From contig JBCBZT010000004.1 in NCBI GenBank assembly GCA_039815185.1, forward strand, positions 32,001-96,000: 64,000 nucleotides of DNA, given 5' to 3'. Both the position numbers and the translations under genes were made by a program. The notes under the pieces were generated by a model. That model had not been told where the DNA came from, did not search any database, and was given only the letters and a program-made list of their open reading frames with translations. Of the stretch, positions 20,435-31,638 are shown one piece after another; the first letter of the stretch is position 1, and each line of letters begins with the position of its first letter. Source of the DNA: Cyanobacteria bacterium P01_A01_bin.123 (GTDB taxonomy: Bacteria > Cyanobacteriota > Cyanobacteriia > Phormidesmidales > Phormidesmidaceae).

Positions 20435-22093
20435 TTACATAGCCAAATGAGGATTGTGCTCACGGTTTGGCAAGGTCAAAATAATCTCAGTAAATTCACC
20501 CAGCTTGCTGTCTAGGGTTAACTTCCCTTGATGCTGCTTAACGATGATGTCATGGGTAAGCGAAAGGCCAAGGCCAGTGCCTTCTCCGAGGGGTTTGGTG
20601 GTAAAGAACGGGTCTAAGACCTTGGACTGAATTGTAGAGTCGATGCCGTAGCCATTATCCCGAATGCGAATTTCGACCTGTTTGCCGAGACTGCGAGTAG
20701 AAATTGAAAGCGTAGGCTTGTAATCTGTTGCCGCCTGCAGGGAAACCAGCTGAAGCTGACGTCGCTTGAAGCGCATGGCGTCACAAGCATTATCGATTAG
20801 GTTGATGAAAGCACGGATTAGGCTGCTTGGAATGACTTCGACGGGACCCAAATCGGTCGCATAGTTAGTGCGAATGGCAAGGTTGAAGGGGCTGTCCGGC
20901 ACTTGTTTGCTATGGTAGGCCAGTTTCACTGCTCGATCGAGCAAGTCATGAAGATTGGTGGGTTGAGCGAGGGCTTGTTCATCATCGGCATGGGGATGTT
21001 GCATCATGCTTTCGATAATCTGGGCAGCCCGTTTGCTATTGTGGCGAATGGTTGTAGCGTTTTCTTGTAAATCGGCAATTAAGGATTGGATCAAGACTGA
21101 CGTTTTTGGATTTAGGTATTGGAGTGCGGGTTGTAGGGTATCCAGCAGGTCTTGACTGAGTTCAACGGAGCCTTCGGCATAGTTTTTGATGAAGTTAAGG
21201 GGGTTTCGCAACTCGTGGGTAATCCCAGAGATCAGGCGACCCAAAGCTACCATTTTTTCAGCTTGAATGAGTTCAGCCTGGGCTCGATTGCGTTCGGTAA
21301 CATCAATTATGACGCATAAAGAATGGGCAATTTGACCGGATTCATCTCGGTCAGCCGTGGCGGAAAGCAATATGTCAATGATTTCTCCGGTTTTGCTCAC
21401 CATTTGATAGGGGATATCCTCGCATACCCCCGTACGGAAAAAGGCTGGTAGTGCAACCTCAATCGCATAACGCCGAGAGGCTTCGGTTAAAAATTCGATA
21501 GACTCCCTACCTAGGACTTCGTTTCGTTCATACCCTAATTTGGCTAGCCAGTAGTTGCTGACGCTAACCAGCTTGCCAGTGGCGTCAATCGAGTGCAGCA
21601 TAACAGGCGTACCCTCATAAAGTGAGCGGTATCGCTGTTCGTTTTGGCGCAGTTGGTTCTCTATTTGCTGACGCAATTCAAGTTCTTGTTGCAAGTGTCG
21701 ATTCAAATGGTGCAATCGCAAATGAACTTTCACCCTGGCCAAAACCTCTTGTTTTTGAAAGGGTTTGGCGATGTAATCAACCGCCCCGAAGGCGAATCCC
21801 TCCACTTTGCTAATAGCATCCGTAGTTGCCGTTGTAAAAATGACTGGGATAGACTGAGTGTCAGGATTTTCTTTTAGCCGACGACAGGTTTCAAAGCCGT
21901 CAATTCCAGGCATTTTCACGTCTAACAAAATCAGTTCGGGCTGATTTCGCCCAGCTAGTGCCAGTGCACTTTCACCATCCATTGCCACTCGAAAACTAAG
22001 CCCAGCATCACTTAGTACTTCTGAAAGTACCGATAGGTCAATGGGGTTATCGTCCACAATCAGGATAAATTCAGACCCCGTATTTTTTGACAT
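20435..22093 (-). CDS. REC-PAS-histidine kinase
   Basis: N-terminal REC (LLDVKMP), PAS/PAC, THELRNPLNF H-box and PFFTTK..GTGLGL. Confidence 0.92.
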   Translation of the reverse strand: MSKNTGSEFILIVDDNPIDLSVLSEVLSDAGLSFRVAMDGESALALAGRNQPELILLDVKMPGIDGFETCRRLKENPDTQSIPVIFTTATTDAISKVEGFAFGAVDYIAKPFQKQEVLARVKVHLRLHHLNRHLQQELELRQQIENQLRQNEQRYRSLYEGTPVMLHSIDATGKLVSVSNYWLAKLGYERNEVLGRESIEFLTEASRRYAIEVALPAFFRTGVCEDIPYQMVSKTGEIIDILLSATADRDESGQIAHSLCVIIDVTERNRAQAELIQAEKMVALGRLISGITHELRNPLNFIKNYAEGSVELSQDLLDTLQPALQYLNPKTSVLIQSLIADLQENATTIRHNSKRAAQIIESMMQHPHADDEQALAQPTNLHDLLDRAVKLAYHSKQVPDSPFNLAIRTNYATDLGPVEVIPSSLIRAFINLIDNACDAMRFKRRQLQLVSLQAATDYKPTLSISTRSLGKQVEIRIRDNGYGIDSTIQSKVLDPFFTTKPLGEGTGLGLSLTHDIIVKQHQGKLTLDSKLGEFTEIILTLPNREHNPHLAM

Positions 22094-22237
22094 GTGTAGT
22101 GATAGATTTCACGTTATGTTTAGGCGCTGCTGGTTTCTGGTGTGAACATTTCATTTGACCATAATTTTTACACTATGAGGAGTTTAATCAAACCCTATTC
22201 AATAACCAGTGCTCAGACCGAGCCCAATTGACTCAAG

Positions 22238-24982
22238 CTAACCAAGGGCTTGTTCGATAAAGATTTGCAATTGTTTGAGCTGAAACCTAGTTGCTAATTG
22301 TGTTACCTGTCCAGCAAAGGCATTAAGGGATGCATCTGATGCCGGGAGTTGTCCCACCATTTCTAAAGCGCCTTGAATATCACCATCCTGAACTAGGGTG
22401 AGCAACTGTTGCAGGACTTCACGTTTGGGCATAATTACCTCACCGGATTGAACAGCGTCAGACATGTGAGCTGGTTCCTCATAAACCCACTCCACCTGCA
22501 AATGGTCTGCAATGAGCTGAAAGAGCGCCCTGGCATCTATAGGTTTAGCTAGAAAATCATTCCCCCCCTGATCTAACGTCATTTGTTGATCCGCTTGAGA
22601 TACCGAAGCAGAAGAGACAATAACTTTAGTTTGGTTGAGATCCTCAGACATACGAACCTGCCTCAAAAACTCAAACCCATCCATCACGGGCATGGCTAGG
22701 TCGGTAATCACGAGATCAGGCTGGTTAGAACAGAGCTTCTCTAACCCATCTTGACCATGCTCTGCTTCGATAATTTTGAATTCAAGGGGCTCTAATAAAC
22801 TTTTCAAAACCGACCGATTCTCCCAACGGTCGTCAATGATTAGGATGGTCTGGTGAACACCTTGATAGCCAACAATGCGATCGTCGCCCTCAATCTCTGC
22901 TTGTTGTTTGATCCAATTCTCAGCTAGGGATAGCTTGAGGGTGAAGAAAAATTCGCTCCCTTCTCCAAGTTGACTCTTCACCTGAATGTTGCCCCCCATC
23001 AGTTTCACAATGCGTTGGCTAATGGCCAAACCGAGTCCGGTTCCTTCTGCCCGTTTCTGGCGATTGCCTACCTGCTCAAAGGCTTCAAACAGCTTAGTCA
23101 GATTTTCCTCAGCAATCCCCACTCCGGTATCCCTGACCTGAAACAGCAAGGAAGCCTCGGTATCGGATTGTGCTAGCACCTCGATTCCCAGAGTCACCGA
23201 ACCGTGATCAGTAAATTTGATCGCATTCCCCAGCAAATTAATCAAAACTTGTCGCAGGCGCCTTTCGTCAATTTCAACGCCTTCAGGTAAGCGGGAGCTA
23301 GGCTGATAGATAAGCTCAATTCCCTTTTGCTCGGCCTTGATTGTACAAATCTCAGCCACACTTTGTAGAAGTGAAGGCAAGTGCCGGGGGGTTAGCACGA
23401 GTTCTAGTTTGCGGGCTTCAATTTTGGAAAGATCTAAAATATCATTAATTAGCATTAGTAAGTGATCACCGCATTGGTGAATAATATTCACCCCATTACG
23501 CGCTCTATCTGTCAGATTTTTCGTGTTCTCCAAAATTTGGGTATAGCTCAGAATACCATTGAGGGGAGTACGAAGCTCATGACTCATGTTAGCCAGAAAA
23601 TCGCTCTTAGCTTGATTCGCACTATCAGCTAATTCTTTAGCTTGTTTAAGTTCTATAGTGCGCTCAGCAACTTTCTGTTCTAGTTGCCTCAACAAGCTAT
23701 GGTTTTGACCAAAGGTTTGTGACACAGTTTCAAACCAGGGACGCCAACTATAGGGAACGTTAGGAATAGGTAGAGTTTCTCCTTGATTTTCCCTTTCAAT
23801 GTGTTGTATCAGTTGCTCCGCAGGATAAATGAATTCCTTGTGAACCATAAAGGTTGTAGTTCCTAAAATCAAAGCGATTCCAGGCAATAGTAAGATAAAG
23901 CCAATACTGGAGTCCTGTAGAGAGTCCAAAGTTATTGCATGCTTAGGAACAAACAATACGATCTTCCAGGGAACGTTATCTAACTCTTGATAAATAAATA
24001 GATAAGCGCCGATTTCATGAATAGTATTAGGAGATTGCTGAAACAACTCTTCTGGATTTATGCCTTCAGGAAATGCTACTGATGCTAATTTAACGTCTTC
24101 ATCGGAGGATTTTACTAACGTGGGATGTGCCAACAAATTTCCGAATGAATCAACTACCAATATGGTCATTTTGCTTTCCCCCTCGTCAGCGACATCTTCA
24201 TCATGAGCGATAAAAGTTGTCAAGACATCAAGCGTTAGATCGAGGGAAACCGTTCCAAAGAACTCATCCCCCTCATAAATGGGAGTGGCCAGGGTCACCA
24301 TCAATCCTAAGCCGTTTTCATCAATATAGGGATTTGTCCAAAAGCGTTCACGAGTTGGATTGTTCTCTGGTAATCCCAGGACATAAAAATCTTGGCGGAT
24401 TGTTGTTGGGCGAATTCTAACTTCTTCAGATGTGAACCAAGGGGCATTATTTAAGAAATTATGCTTGGACGTATAATAGACCCAAGCAACATTTGGCAGA
24501 TTGTTAAATAGGGCTTGAAACTTAGAGTTAAGACTCCAAGCCATCTCTAAATCCCTATAAAAGTTAGTGGAACGATTGTTGATTGACCCAAGTCCTGTGA
24601 TATTACCAACTTGGTGATTTTTTTCTGAGGGGATAAGTTCGTCGAGATGAAAGACCCCATTCGATTCTTTGAAATGGTTAAACAATAAAGAAGAGTTAGG
24701 ACGATCAGGATAATTTTCTAAAAAGGCTTGACCTTGAATTTGTAATGCATCAATGTGATTTGTTGCGGACTTAATCCAATAGTCTAAGTTGATCGTCCGC
24801 TCTTGAAAATTTGCTTCGAGGTGAGCAATATTATGCTTGTATAAAGCATCAAATTTCAGGGACAGTAGCCCAGAGGAAACAATTGCAACAAAAGAAAAGG
24901 TTGCAAGGACGATCTGATTATATCTTTTAAAGAAAATCATGCCTTTATCTAACTCTATTTCTCGAATCAAACTAATCAGCAT
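22238..24982 (-). CDS. Hybrid sensor histidine kinase (dCache-HisKA-HATPase-REC)
   Basis: Two TM helices, WTNPYID Cache motif, [11 protein letters not shown] and REC with ITDLAMP. The start may be 24940. Confidence 0.92.
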   Translation of the reverse strand: MLISLIREIELDKGMIFFKRYNQIVLATFSFVAIVSSGLLSLKFDALYKHNIAHLEANFQERTINLDYWIKSATNHIDALQIQGQAFLENYPDRPNSSLLFNHFKESNGVFHLDELIPSEKNHQVGNITGLGSINNRSTNFYRDLEMAWSLNSKFQALFNNLPNVAWVYYTSKHNFLNNAPWFTSEEVRIRPTTIRQDFYVLGLPENNPTRERFWTNPYIDENGLGLMVTLATPIYEGDEFFGTVSLDLTLDVLTTFIAHDEDVADEGESKMTILVVDSFGNLLAHPTLVKSSDEDVKLASVAFPEGINPEELFQQSPNTIHEIGAYLFIYQELDNVPWKIVLFVPKHAITLDSLQDSSIGFILLLPGIALILGTTTFMVHKEFIYPAEQLIQHIERENQGETLPIPNVPYSWRPWFETVSQTFGQNHSLLRQLEQKVAERTIELKQAKELADSANQAKSDFLANMSHELRTPLNGILSYTQILENTKNLTDRARNGVNIIHQCGDHLLMLINDILDLSKIEARKLELVLTPRHLPSLLQSVAEICTIKAEQKGIELIYQPSSRLPEGVEIDERRLRQVLINLLGNAIKFTDHGSVTLGIEVLAQSDTEASLLFQVRDTGVGIAEENLTKLFEAFEQVGNRQKRAEGTGLGLAISQRIVKLMGGNIQVKSQLGEGSEFFFTLKLSLAENWIKQQAEIEGDDRIVGYQGVHQTILIIDDRWENRSVLKSLLEPLEFKIIEAEHGQDGLEKLCSNQPDLVITDLAMPVMDGFEFLRQVRMSEDLNQTKVIVSSASVSQADQQMTLDQGGNDFLAKPIDARALFQLIADHLQVEWVYEEPAHMSDAVQSGEVIMPKREVLQQLLTLVQDGDIQGALEMVGQLPASDASLNAFAGQVTQLATRFQLKQLQIFIEQALG

Positions 24983-25784
24983 TTGCAGCTCTAGAAAATT
25001 GCTGTAAGCAGGCTATACCTAAGCTATATATTAATATTTCCTTCCCCATAAACTAAACAGTACTCCGAACAGAAATCTATCCCTTCTATCGCTTGTAAGG
25101 TAAGGCCTACCTTGCTCGAAGATTTAAGTCAATGTCGGCTCAAAAGCTAACTTTGGTTAAATAGGAAATTGCTGGAATGGTTGGCCTGTAGGCCTTGTAG
25201 CTTCGTTGCTAAAACTGTCCGGACTTTTGCTAAAGATGGCTTTGCAGGATTATCTATGATGACTCTGTAGGATTATCTATGTCGTGATATGAATTTGTGG
25301 GACAGTATTATTTAATTTGCCCGCTGTTACGGTTTCAATTAATGTATCAATCGGATTCGCCAAAATATTCATAAACATCGGATTCATTTGCCCTAGAGAG
25401 CAAAGTACTGGGGACAAAGAATATAGGACCTCAGGACTTTAATGAAGGGCATACTTTGGTACGACCCCATTAGAGACTGGCTAATAAGACCACCCCAGCT
25501 CTAGTGCAGCCACGCCCCCGGGGCTATTGGCAAAATGGGATATTGCAACCGTCCGATCTCAGGGCATGAACTCTTGACAATGCAGGGGCTTCATTGCGTC
25601 GCCCTCTAAAGGACCAGTGCTCAATAGGTAAGATTGCGTGTCTCTTAGATGTAAGCATCGGCCCGGAGTTCATTATTGAGATTCCGAAGCATTTATCTGT
25701 CTGAGGTATAGCTGTTTTTTCATCTCCGGTCACAATCAGCTCAACCGACGACTCGTCTGGGTTGAGGCGCTTTGGATTTAAAGC

Positions 25785-25825
25785 TTAAGGAAATTCCAAG
25801 TTCCTTTAAGGAAATCCCAAGTTCC
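25785..25825. repeat. 20-bp direct repeat with 21-bp period upstream of cruE
   Basis: ttaaggaaattccaagttcc (25785-25804) and ttaaggaaatcccaagttcc (25806-25825), 19/20 identical. Confidence 0.8.
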
Positions 25826-25887
25826 CTATGCTTGCTGGCGAAAGCGAATATATTAGGCACCTAATGATATTACTCGCGTTGGGAGTT

Positions 25888-27822
25888 ATGCTGCCCATTC
25901 TGTCATCCTTGCCGTCAGCCGATCTGTCTCGGCGATCAGTTTTGAAATTGCTGGGTTTAGGGGCTGCTGGAGGACTCGTCGGCTATTCACGCTGGAAAAA
26001 GCCGGAACCTCATGTATTTCAACCCGACCGCCTGGATTTACCTTACCGAGTGTCGAGTCCCCGTACAGCGGTAGTCGTGGGGGGTGGTCTAGCTGGGCTC
26101 GCAGCTGCCCACGAACTGAGTCAACGAGGCGTGGCGGTAACGCTGTTGGAAAAAGCCCCTCAACTTGGGGGAAAGATTGCCAGTTGGACGATTCAGGTGG
26201 GCGATCGCTCACTTCAGATGGAACACGGCTTTCACGGCTTTTTCCCGCAGTATTACAACCTGTTTAGCCTTGTAGATGAGCTGCAAATCCGCCAGAAGTT
26301 CAAGTCTCTAGAATTTTATTCTGTCGTCTATCGGGGCGATCAATATCGGCCAGAGGTATTTCGGCCTAACCATTCGGCCTTTCCTTGGAATATTGTCGAT
26401 TTGGCGGTATCTTCCCCAAATCGCTTCAGCTGGGGCATTAACCTTTTGAAGCTGAAGCATTTGAAGGTTTTTCGTGAGATCAGCGGCTTTCAAATTCCTG
26501 AAAGCTACGAACGTCTGGATCATCTCTCTGTGGCGGAGTGGGTGAAGCAGGACTTTCCCCAGGGGCTTTATGATCTGTACTTTTTGCCCTTCGCGAAATC
26601 CAGCCTGAATGCACCGGATTTGATGAGTGCGGCAGAGCTCATGCAATTTTTTCACTTCTACTTTTTTGGCAACCCGGAAGGGCTGGCCTTTAACGGCACC
26701 CGACAGGATATGGGTCGAAGCTTAGTTGATCCCATTGCTGATCAGATCCGTGCCAATGGTGGCACCATCCATACGGAAGCCAATGTGCAGTCTGTCGCTT
26801 GGGCCGATGGACAAGTTGCTGAGTTGACCTATAGCTTGGGCAATAGCCAAGAAGCACCGTTCTGGGTGGAACACAATCCATTACTCAGTACCGATACGGT
26901 GACCTATTTTGGGGCAGGCGATCGCCTTTATTCCCTATCGCAGGACGACACCACGGCGCTTTCCCTCACTTGCACTCACCAGGGTTGCACTGTGCAGGCA
27001 GGTGCTGAGGGTTTTAACTGTCCCTGCCATGGGGCCGCCTACAACAATCAGGGCAAGGTATTGAGCGGCCCAGCGCGGCGAGATTTGGCGCGCTATCGAG
27101 TCATGGAACGTCAAGGCGATCGCGTGTTGCTGGCATCGCTCAACCCTGCCCCCGCGTCTGTGGAAACGCTGACAGCAGACTACTATGTGTTTGCCACAGA
27201 TGTGCCGGGGGTACAACATTTGCTGTCCCGCTCAACTGGGGCAGTGCAACCCGGTGTCGCCCGCCAGATCAGCGGTTTGAAAACAGCTGACCCCTTTGCA
27301 GTGGGCCGATTTTGGTTTGATCGAGATTTTGATTGGGATCAAAGTGACTTTACCTCGTTGTCGGGCTATCATTTGACGGATAGTATTACGCTATATCACC
27401 GTATCCAAGCCGACTATCAGCAGTGGGCGGCAGAGACTGGCGGTAGCGTGGTGGAACTCCATGCCTATTGCTACAAAGAGCGAGAGTTTCCGACCCAGGC
27501 AGCTTTGTTGGAAACCTTTGAGTCGGAGCTGTATGACATTGTGCCAGCCTTGCGGGAAGCCACGATGCTGCACCGCGAATTGGTTAACCAAAAAAACTTT
27601 TCAGGCTATCCCCCTAACAGCAACCGCGATCGCCCGGTAACTCAATCTCTAGCTCCGAATTTAGTATTTGCTGGAGACTGGGTAAAAATGCCCTTTCCTT
27701 GTGGCCTGATGGAGCGGGCGGTTAGCAGTGGTTTCTTAGCTGCCAACTCAATTTTGCATCGCGAAGGCTGCCAACAGCGAGTCCTTTATACGGTGATGCC
27801 AGCAGGGGTACTCACCGTTTAG
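25888..27822 (+). CDS. cruE: Carotenoid chi-ring synthase (CrtU/CruE-type desaturase/methyltransferase) with inserted Rieske domain
   Basis: FAD motif GGGLAG, EHGFHGFFPQYYN, Rieske CTHQGC..CPCHG, LMERAVSSG and a twin-Arg N-terminus SRRSVLK. The ATG at 25888 follows GGGAG. Confidence 0.8.
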   Translation: MLPILSSLPSADLSRRSVLKLLGLGAAGGLVGYSRWKKPEPHVFQPDRLDLPYRVSSPRTAVVVGGGLAGLAAAHELSQRGVAVTLLEKAPQLGGKIASWTIQVGDRSLQMEHGFHGFFPQYYNLFSLVDELQIRQKFKSLEFYSVVYRGDQYRPEVFRPNHSAFPWNIVDLAVSSPNRFSWGINLLKLKHLKVFREISGFQIPESYERLDHLSVAEWVKQDFPQGLYDLYFLPFAKSSLNAPDLMSAAELMQFFHFYFFGNPEGLAFNGTRQDMGRSLVDPIADQIRANGGTIHTEANVQSVAWADGQVAELTYSLGNSQEAPFWVEHNPLLSTDTVTYFGAGDRLYSLSQDDTTALSLTCTHQGCTVQAGAEGFNCPCHGAAYNNQGKVLSGPARRDLARYRVMERQGDRVLLASLNPAPASVETLTADYYVFATDVPGVQHLLSRSTGAVQPGVARQISGLKTADPFAVGRFWFDRDFDWDQSDFTSLSGYHLTDSITLYHRIQADYQQWAAETGGSVVELHAYCYKEREFPTQAALLETFESELYDIVPALREATMLHRELVNQKNFSGYPPNSNRDRPVTQSLAPNLVFAGDWVKMPFPCGLMERAVSSGFLAANSILHREGCQQRVLYTVMPAGVLTV

Positions 27823-27859
27823 ACATCAAAAGTTTAGACATCAAAGTTAGTGCTCAGCT

Positions 27860-28960
27860 ATGATTGCTCCTTCCCGTACAGCGCCTCAGCCTGCTTCTCA
27901 ACAATCCTCATCCGCTGCTGCTGCATCGCGGCATGTCCGACAGGTGGGCATTAATCCTAACCATTGGTATGCGGTGGCTCAAAGTGCAGAGCTAGGGGCT
28001 CAACCCCTGGAAGTGGCGATATGGCATCAATCTATTGTGTTGTATCGCGATCGCCGAGGTCAGGTGCAGGCGCTAGAAAATCGCTGCCCCCATCGCAATG
28101 TGCGGCTGAGTCATGGGCAAGTCGTGGGCGATCGCTTGGCATGTGCTTATCACGGCTGGCAGATGGATAGAACCGGCCATTGTGTCCATGTGCCTTATTT
28201 AGGCGATCGCCAGAAGTTGCCGACTTGCCGCCTCAGGACTTATCTGGTGCGAGAGCAGGACGGGTTCATCTGGTTGTTTCCAGGTGCGGCTGACCAAACC
28301 CCTACAATCGAGCCGATGGGGCTTCCAGAGTGGAATCATCTCAACTACATTGCATCCTATGCGGTCATTGATGTACAGGCTCACTATTCTTATGTGATTG
28401 AAAATTTGATGGATATGTATCACGGCCATCTGCACCAGACCTACCAAGCCTGGGCCGATCCGGTGTTGCAGTCAATGACCCATGGCCGCGATCGCGTGGA
28501 TGCCCATTATCAAGCCCAAAGTTACTATCGCATTGACAAAATTTGGTCTGTGGGGCAGCTCTTTATTCCCGCGTTGCGGCAGCTTCATCCTGAGCCGCTG
28601 GATGTGAGCTATATCTATCCTCATTGGACATCACGGTTGGGTGATGATTTCAAGCTTTACTGTTTGTTTTGCCCCATCAACGAGCACCAAACCAAAGCCT
28701 ACTTGGTGCATTTCACCTCGCTCAATGCTTTTCATGATTTACACAAACTGCCCATTCCCTTCCGTCGCTGGGTTAAGCAGCGTTTATTCAACACTGCGCG
28801 TGGGCTATTGACGCGATTGATTGAGCAAGACACGCTGATGATGGAAGATGAGCAGCGGTTTTATGATCAAGGGAGCGATCGCCGTAATATTGAACTGAAT
28901 CCGGCTCTGGCCCAAGTGCAGCGATTAATTATGGCTCAAGCCGCCTTCCAGGAGCCCTAG
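27860..28960 (+). CDS. cruH: Rieske non-haem iron oxygenase, probable CruH (synechoxanthin pathway)
   Basis: CPHR..CAYHG Rieske motif and ENLMDMYHGHLH iron-binding motif. It lies directly downstream of cruE. Confidence 0.7.
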   Translation: MIAPSRTAPQPASQQSSSAAAASRHVRQVGINPNHWYAVAQSAELGAQPLEVAIWHQSIVLYRDRRGQVQALENRCPHRNVRLSHGQVVGDRLACAYHGWQMDRTGHCVHVPYLGDRQKLPTCRLRTYLVREQDGFIWLFPGAADQTPTIEPMGLPEWNHLNYIASYAVIDVQAHYSYVIENLMDMYHGHLHQTYQAWADPVLQSMTHGRDRVDAHYQAQSYYRIDKIWSVGQLFIPALRQLHPEPLDVSYIYPHWTSRLGDDFKLYCLFCPINEHQTKAYLVHFTSLNAFHDLHKLPIPFRRWVKQRLFNTARGLLTRLIEQDTLMMEDEQRFYDQGSDRRNIELNPALAQVQRLIMAQAAFQEP

Positions 28961-29631
28961 AGGCATGAATCCCAATGGTCTATTTCTGATGAAATAGGGG
29001 TTAAACCTGCATGCCAAAGGTAACGTTGAGAACCGCCTTTTTTCATGTATTTTTGGAATACTTCACCAAGCTCCCTCTGGAGTGCCTTAGCATCTGGAAA
29101 GTCTAAGAATAAGTCAGGGCAATAGAAGTCAAGCACGGCAGGTTCAACTTCCTCTAAGCGCATCACTTTATCTGGATAAACTGCCATCAGTGCATTGGGT
29201 TTTCCTTTGTCATCTCGATATATTTTTACCCCCCAATCTTCTGCCGTATCTTCCATGACTTGGGCGATACTCGTTGTTAAAAGCTGCTCATAATAGTGCT
29301 TGATATTGTGAAGGTAACCTTCAAGGGTTTCAGCTCGGGTAACCCGGAAAGGGACAAAATAACTCGGGGATGTCGTGCTATATATTTTACTGGCTCTTCC
29401 CGCTCGGGGTTCTTCGCGGACAATCTTGAGGATGCCTAGATTTAAGAGTTGATTGACCTGATATAGTAGGGCACTAGTGCTCATGTCAAGCTCATTTGCT
29501 GCAACCGCAACCGTTTGAGCCTTGCCCAAAAAAGGGGTAATCAGTTTTCGAGTTTGAGTGTTGACTAAAACATCGGCAGCAACCGGATCGGTAATGATTT
29601 GGGGTTGGCTTGTTGAAATTTGCTCTTCCAT
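28957..29631 (-). CDS. ArsR-like winged-helix transcriptional regulator
   Basis: TVAVAANELDMSTSALLYQVNQLLNLGILKIV..R.GR..KIY winged HTH. Confidence 0.75.
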   Translation of the reverse strand: MEEQISTSQPQIITDPVAADVLVNTQTRKLITPFLGKAQTVAVAANELDMSTSALLYQVNQLLNLGILKIVREEPRAGRASKIYSTTSPSYFVPFRVTRAETLEGYLHNIKHYYEQLLTTSIAQVMEDTAEDWGVKIYRDDKGKPNALMAVYPDKVMRLEEVEPAVLDFYCPDLFLDFPDAKALQRELGEVFQKYMKKGGSQRYLWHAGLTPISSEIDHWDSCL

Positions 29632-29698
29632 TTTGAGTAGCTTGTGCCGAAACTAAGGTGACATGCGAAAGGTGATTTTGCCTTAAAGGAGCGTTTCA

Positions 29699-30110
29699 AT
29701 GACAATACTTGTCCTAAGTTCGTTCTTACCATTTTTGCTGAGTCTATTAGTAAGGGTAGGCGCACACTGGCGACCTTATCTGCTAGCTTTTCCTTTAGGC
29801 ATGTTGTTGGTTCACCTATTTGCCATGGGCTTACGCTGGCAGTTTGTTCCAGTCTACACGCTGACTTTAGGGATACTTGTAATATTTCCGCTTTCAAAAT
29901 CCTCTTATTAGCTGTCACCCATCGAACCCACGCTGCACAATGGTTGCAAGTCAAGGGCACGGGTCATGCAGCCTTTACTGCCTTCATCTTCTGGACGCCT
30001 GTACGAATTGGGCCGTTGGCAATGATATTGGGTGATGGGAATCCTCATCTTGTTACCCAAGCTATCAATGCGTTAACGGTGTCTTTCTTGAGAGAAAACT
30101 TACTGTCAGC
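29699..30110 (+). pseudogene. Internally deleted alpha/beta hydrolase (PAF-acetylhydrolase/dienelactone hydrolase-like)
   Basis: An N-terminal TM segment with GLRWQFVPVY is joined out of frame near 29900 to a C-terminal segment LQVKGTGHAAFT...INALTVSFLRENL (catalytic His region). No GxSxG core lies between them. Confidence 0.55.
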
Positions 30111-30227
30111 GTTAGGTTTCAAGATGCATTGGTGGCGCATCGTGAATTCTGCGCAGCAATCAATTTTGAGTGAGACCCAGTGGGGGGCTTTCTTTGCCCC
30201 GCCTCAAGTTTTCAAATCGGCTGGGGT

Positions 30228-31445
30228 TTATGAGTCACCTGATGGTGCCTCGACGCAATTCTCAGCGTCATATTGCACGGGTACTTCAAAGAGCAATGCG
30301 CTGAAATTTTCAATAGCGGGAAAATCCTCGGCCTGGGTCGTCTCGACCACCTGTGAAACAGCCAAGCGGTCAAGCCCTAAGTAACCCGTGCTTTTGAGTA
30401 AGGTTGGTTCTTCGGCCAATTCTCCGCCAACATTGAGCATCACGCCAACTTTGGCATTGCTAGGCGAGGGTGACAAACAACTGCTCAAGGGATATTCGAT
30501 CGGTAGTGCAATCGGCTCTGAGGGCTGGAGTTCTGGGTCCTCGGAAACGGTCTGGACGGCGGCGACCCATGCGGCCAGGTTGCTTTGGGCTTCTTCTTCA
30601 GTCGTGCCGTTTGGATTGTAGGTGTAGTTCTCTTGCAGTTCTGCAATCTCACGGTTAAATAAATCGCTGGCGTTGGTGCTGGGTTCAGGGGATCCAGGCA
30701 GCGATCGCGGGTCGACCCCAGCTGTCTCATTCGCAGTCTCAGCGCCAGATTCGGCAGTGGGTTCGGTGCTGTCACCCGCATCAGTCTGGCCGCTGGCCGC
30801 ACCTGGAAATTCTTGTACAAATTCTAGTTCGTCTGGATTGGGTAGGCTAGCTAGCCTCTCATCACCCGGTTGAATTTCGCTAATGCCAGTGCCAGCCTGG
30901 GCTCCATTGCCTTCGCTGCCACTGGCCCCGCCTCCACTGACTTGAGGAGCGCCTGATGGGCTTTGTTGTGCCCCGTTACCCGGGTTGGCTTGCCCGCTAT
31001 TTTGGGCACCAGCTCCCCCAATGTAGGTTGATGCGCCTGACTGATTGAACCCTGAACCCCCGAAGAACCCCCTGGGCACCGGAACCCGCCCTGGCTGAGA
31101 TGATTGTCCTGAGGAACCACTACCACCATCAGTAGGCGACGACCCTATCGGAAATTGAAAAGCACTGTTGGCACTACCATCTGGAACCAGTGAAAAGGGC
31201 CGATCTGAAAAGTTGGGCAGGCGGCTTTGTTCTTCTGGAGATAGGTTGACTAATGGGACGGTTCTTTCGCGATCAAGCTCTTCTGGATTGGCTAGAGAGG
31301 CCAAAGATAGTTTAGATAACTGGGGTGAGGCCACAAACAAAACGGCGTGGATGCCCAACGACGCGATCGCGGCAATGCTAGTCGGCTGGCTCACCAGTTT
31401 CAAAATGCCTTTGGATTTAAATGCCTTGGTCGCCTTCATAGCCAT
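30228..31445 (-). CDS. TonB-like membrane-anchored protein
   Basis: N-terminal TM with SLGIH motif, a long Gly/Ser/Pro-rich linker and a C-terminal TonB_C-like segment (YP...LLKSTGYLGLDRLA). Confidence 0.6.
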   Translation of the reverse strand: MAMKATKAFKSKGILKLVSQPTSIAAIASLGIHAVLFVASPQLSKLSLASLANPEELDRERTVPLVNLSPEEQSRLPNFSDRPFSLVPDGSANSAFQFPIGSSPTDGGSGSSGQSSQPGRVPVPRGFFGGSGFNQSGASTYIGGAGAQNSGQANPGNGAQQSPSGAPQVSGGGASGSEGNGAQAGTGISEIQPGDERLASLPNPDELEFVQEFPGAASGQTDAGDSTEPTAESGAETANETAGVDPRSLPGSPEPSTNASDLFNREIAELQENYTYNPNGTTEEEAQSNLAAWVAAVQTVSEDPELQPSEPIALPIEYPLSSCLSPSPSNAKVGVMLNVGGELAEEPTLLKSTGYLGLDRLAVSQVVETTQAEDFPAIENFSALLFEVPVQYDAENCVEAPSGDS

Positions 31446-31638
31446 TCACAAAGAAAAACAAAAAGAAGTATTTACAACGGTGAACCGAGGAAACCCGTGT
31501 CTAAGGACTAGACTCAGCCCCAAAATGTTGCCCAACTGGGCAAATTCTTGTCTCAGTTTAGCGAACTACACCCCATCTGAATTTGAAACCTTGAGCTTTT
31601 ACCTTGGTGAAAACGATGGATCGCAATGGGGCTAACGT

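Noticed and set aside
25080..25770. Long intergenic region with small palindromes (gtccggac; ctcaacc..ggttgag) as an IS remnant or ncRNA
   Set aside because: I could not support a transposase fragment, paired ends or a recognisable RNA family by eye.
27817..27845. gtttagacatcaaa tandem duplication at the cruE stop codon
   Set aside because: It is most simply a slippage duplication, with no evidence of function.
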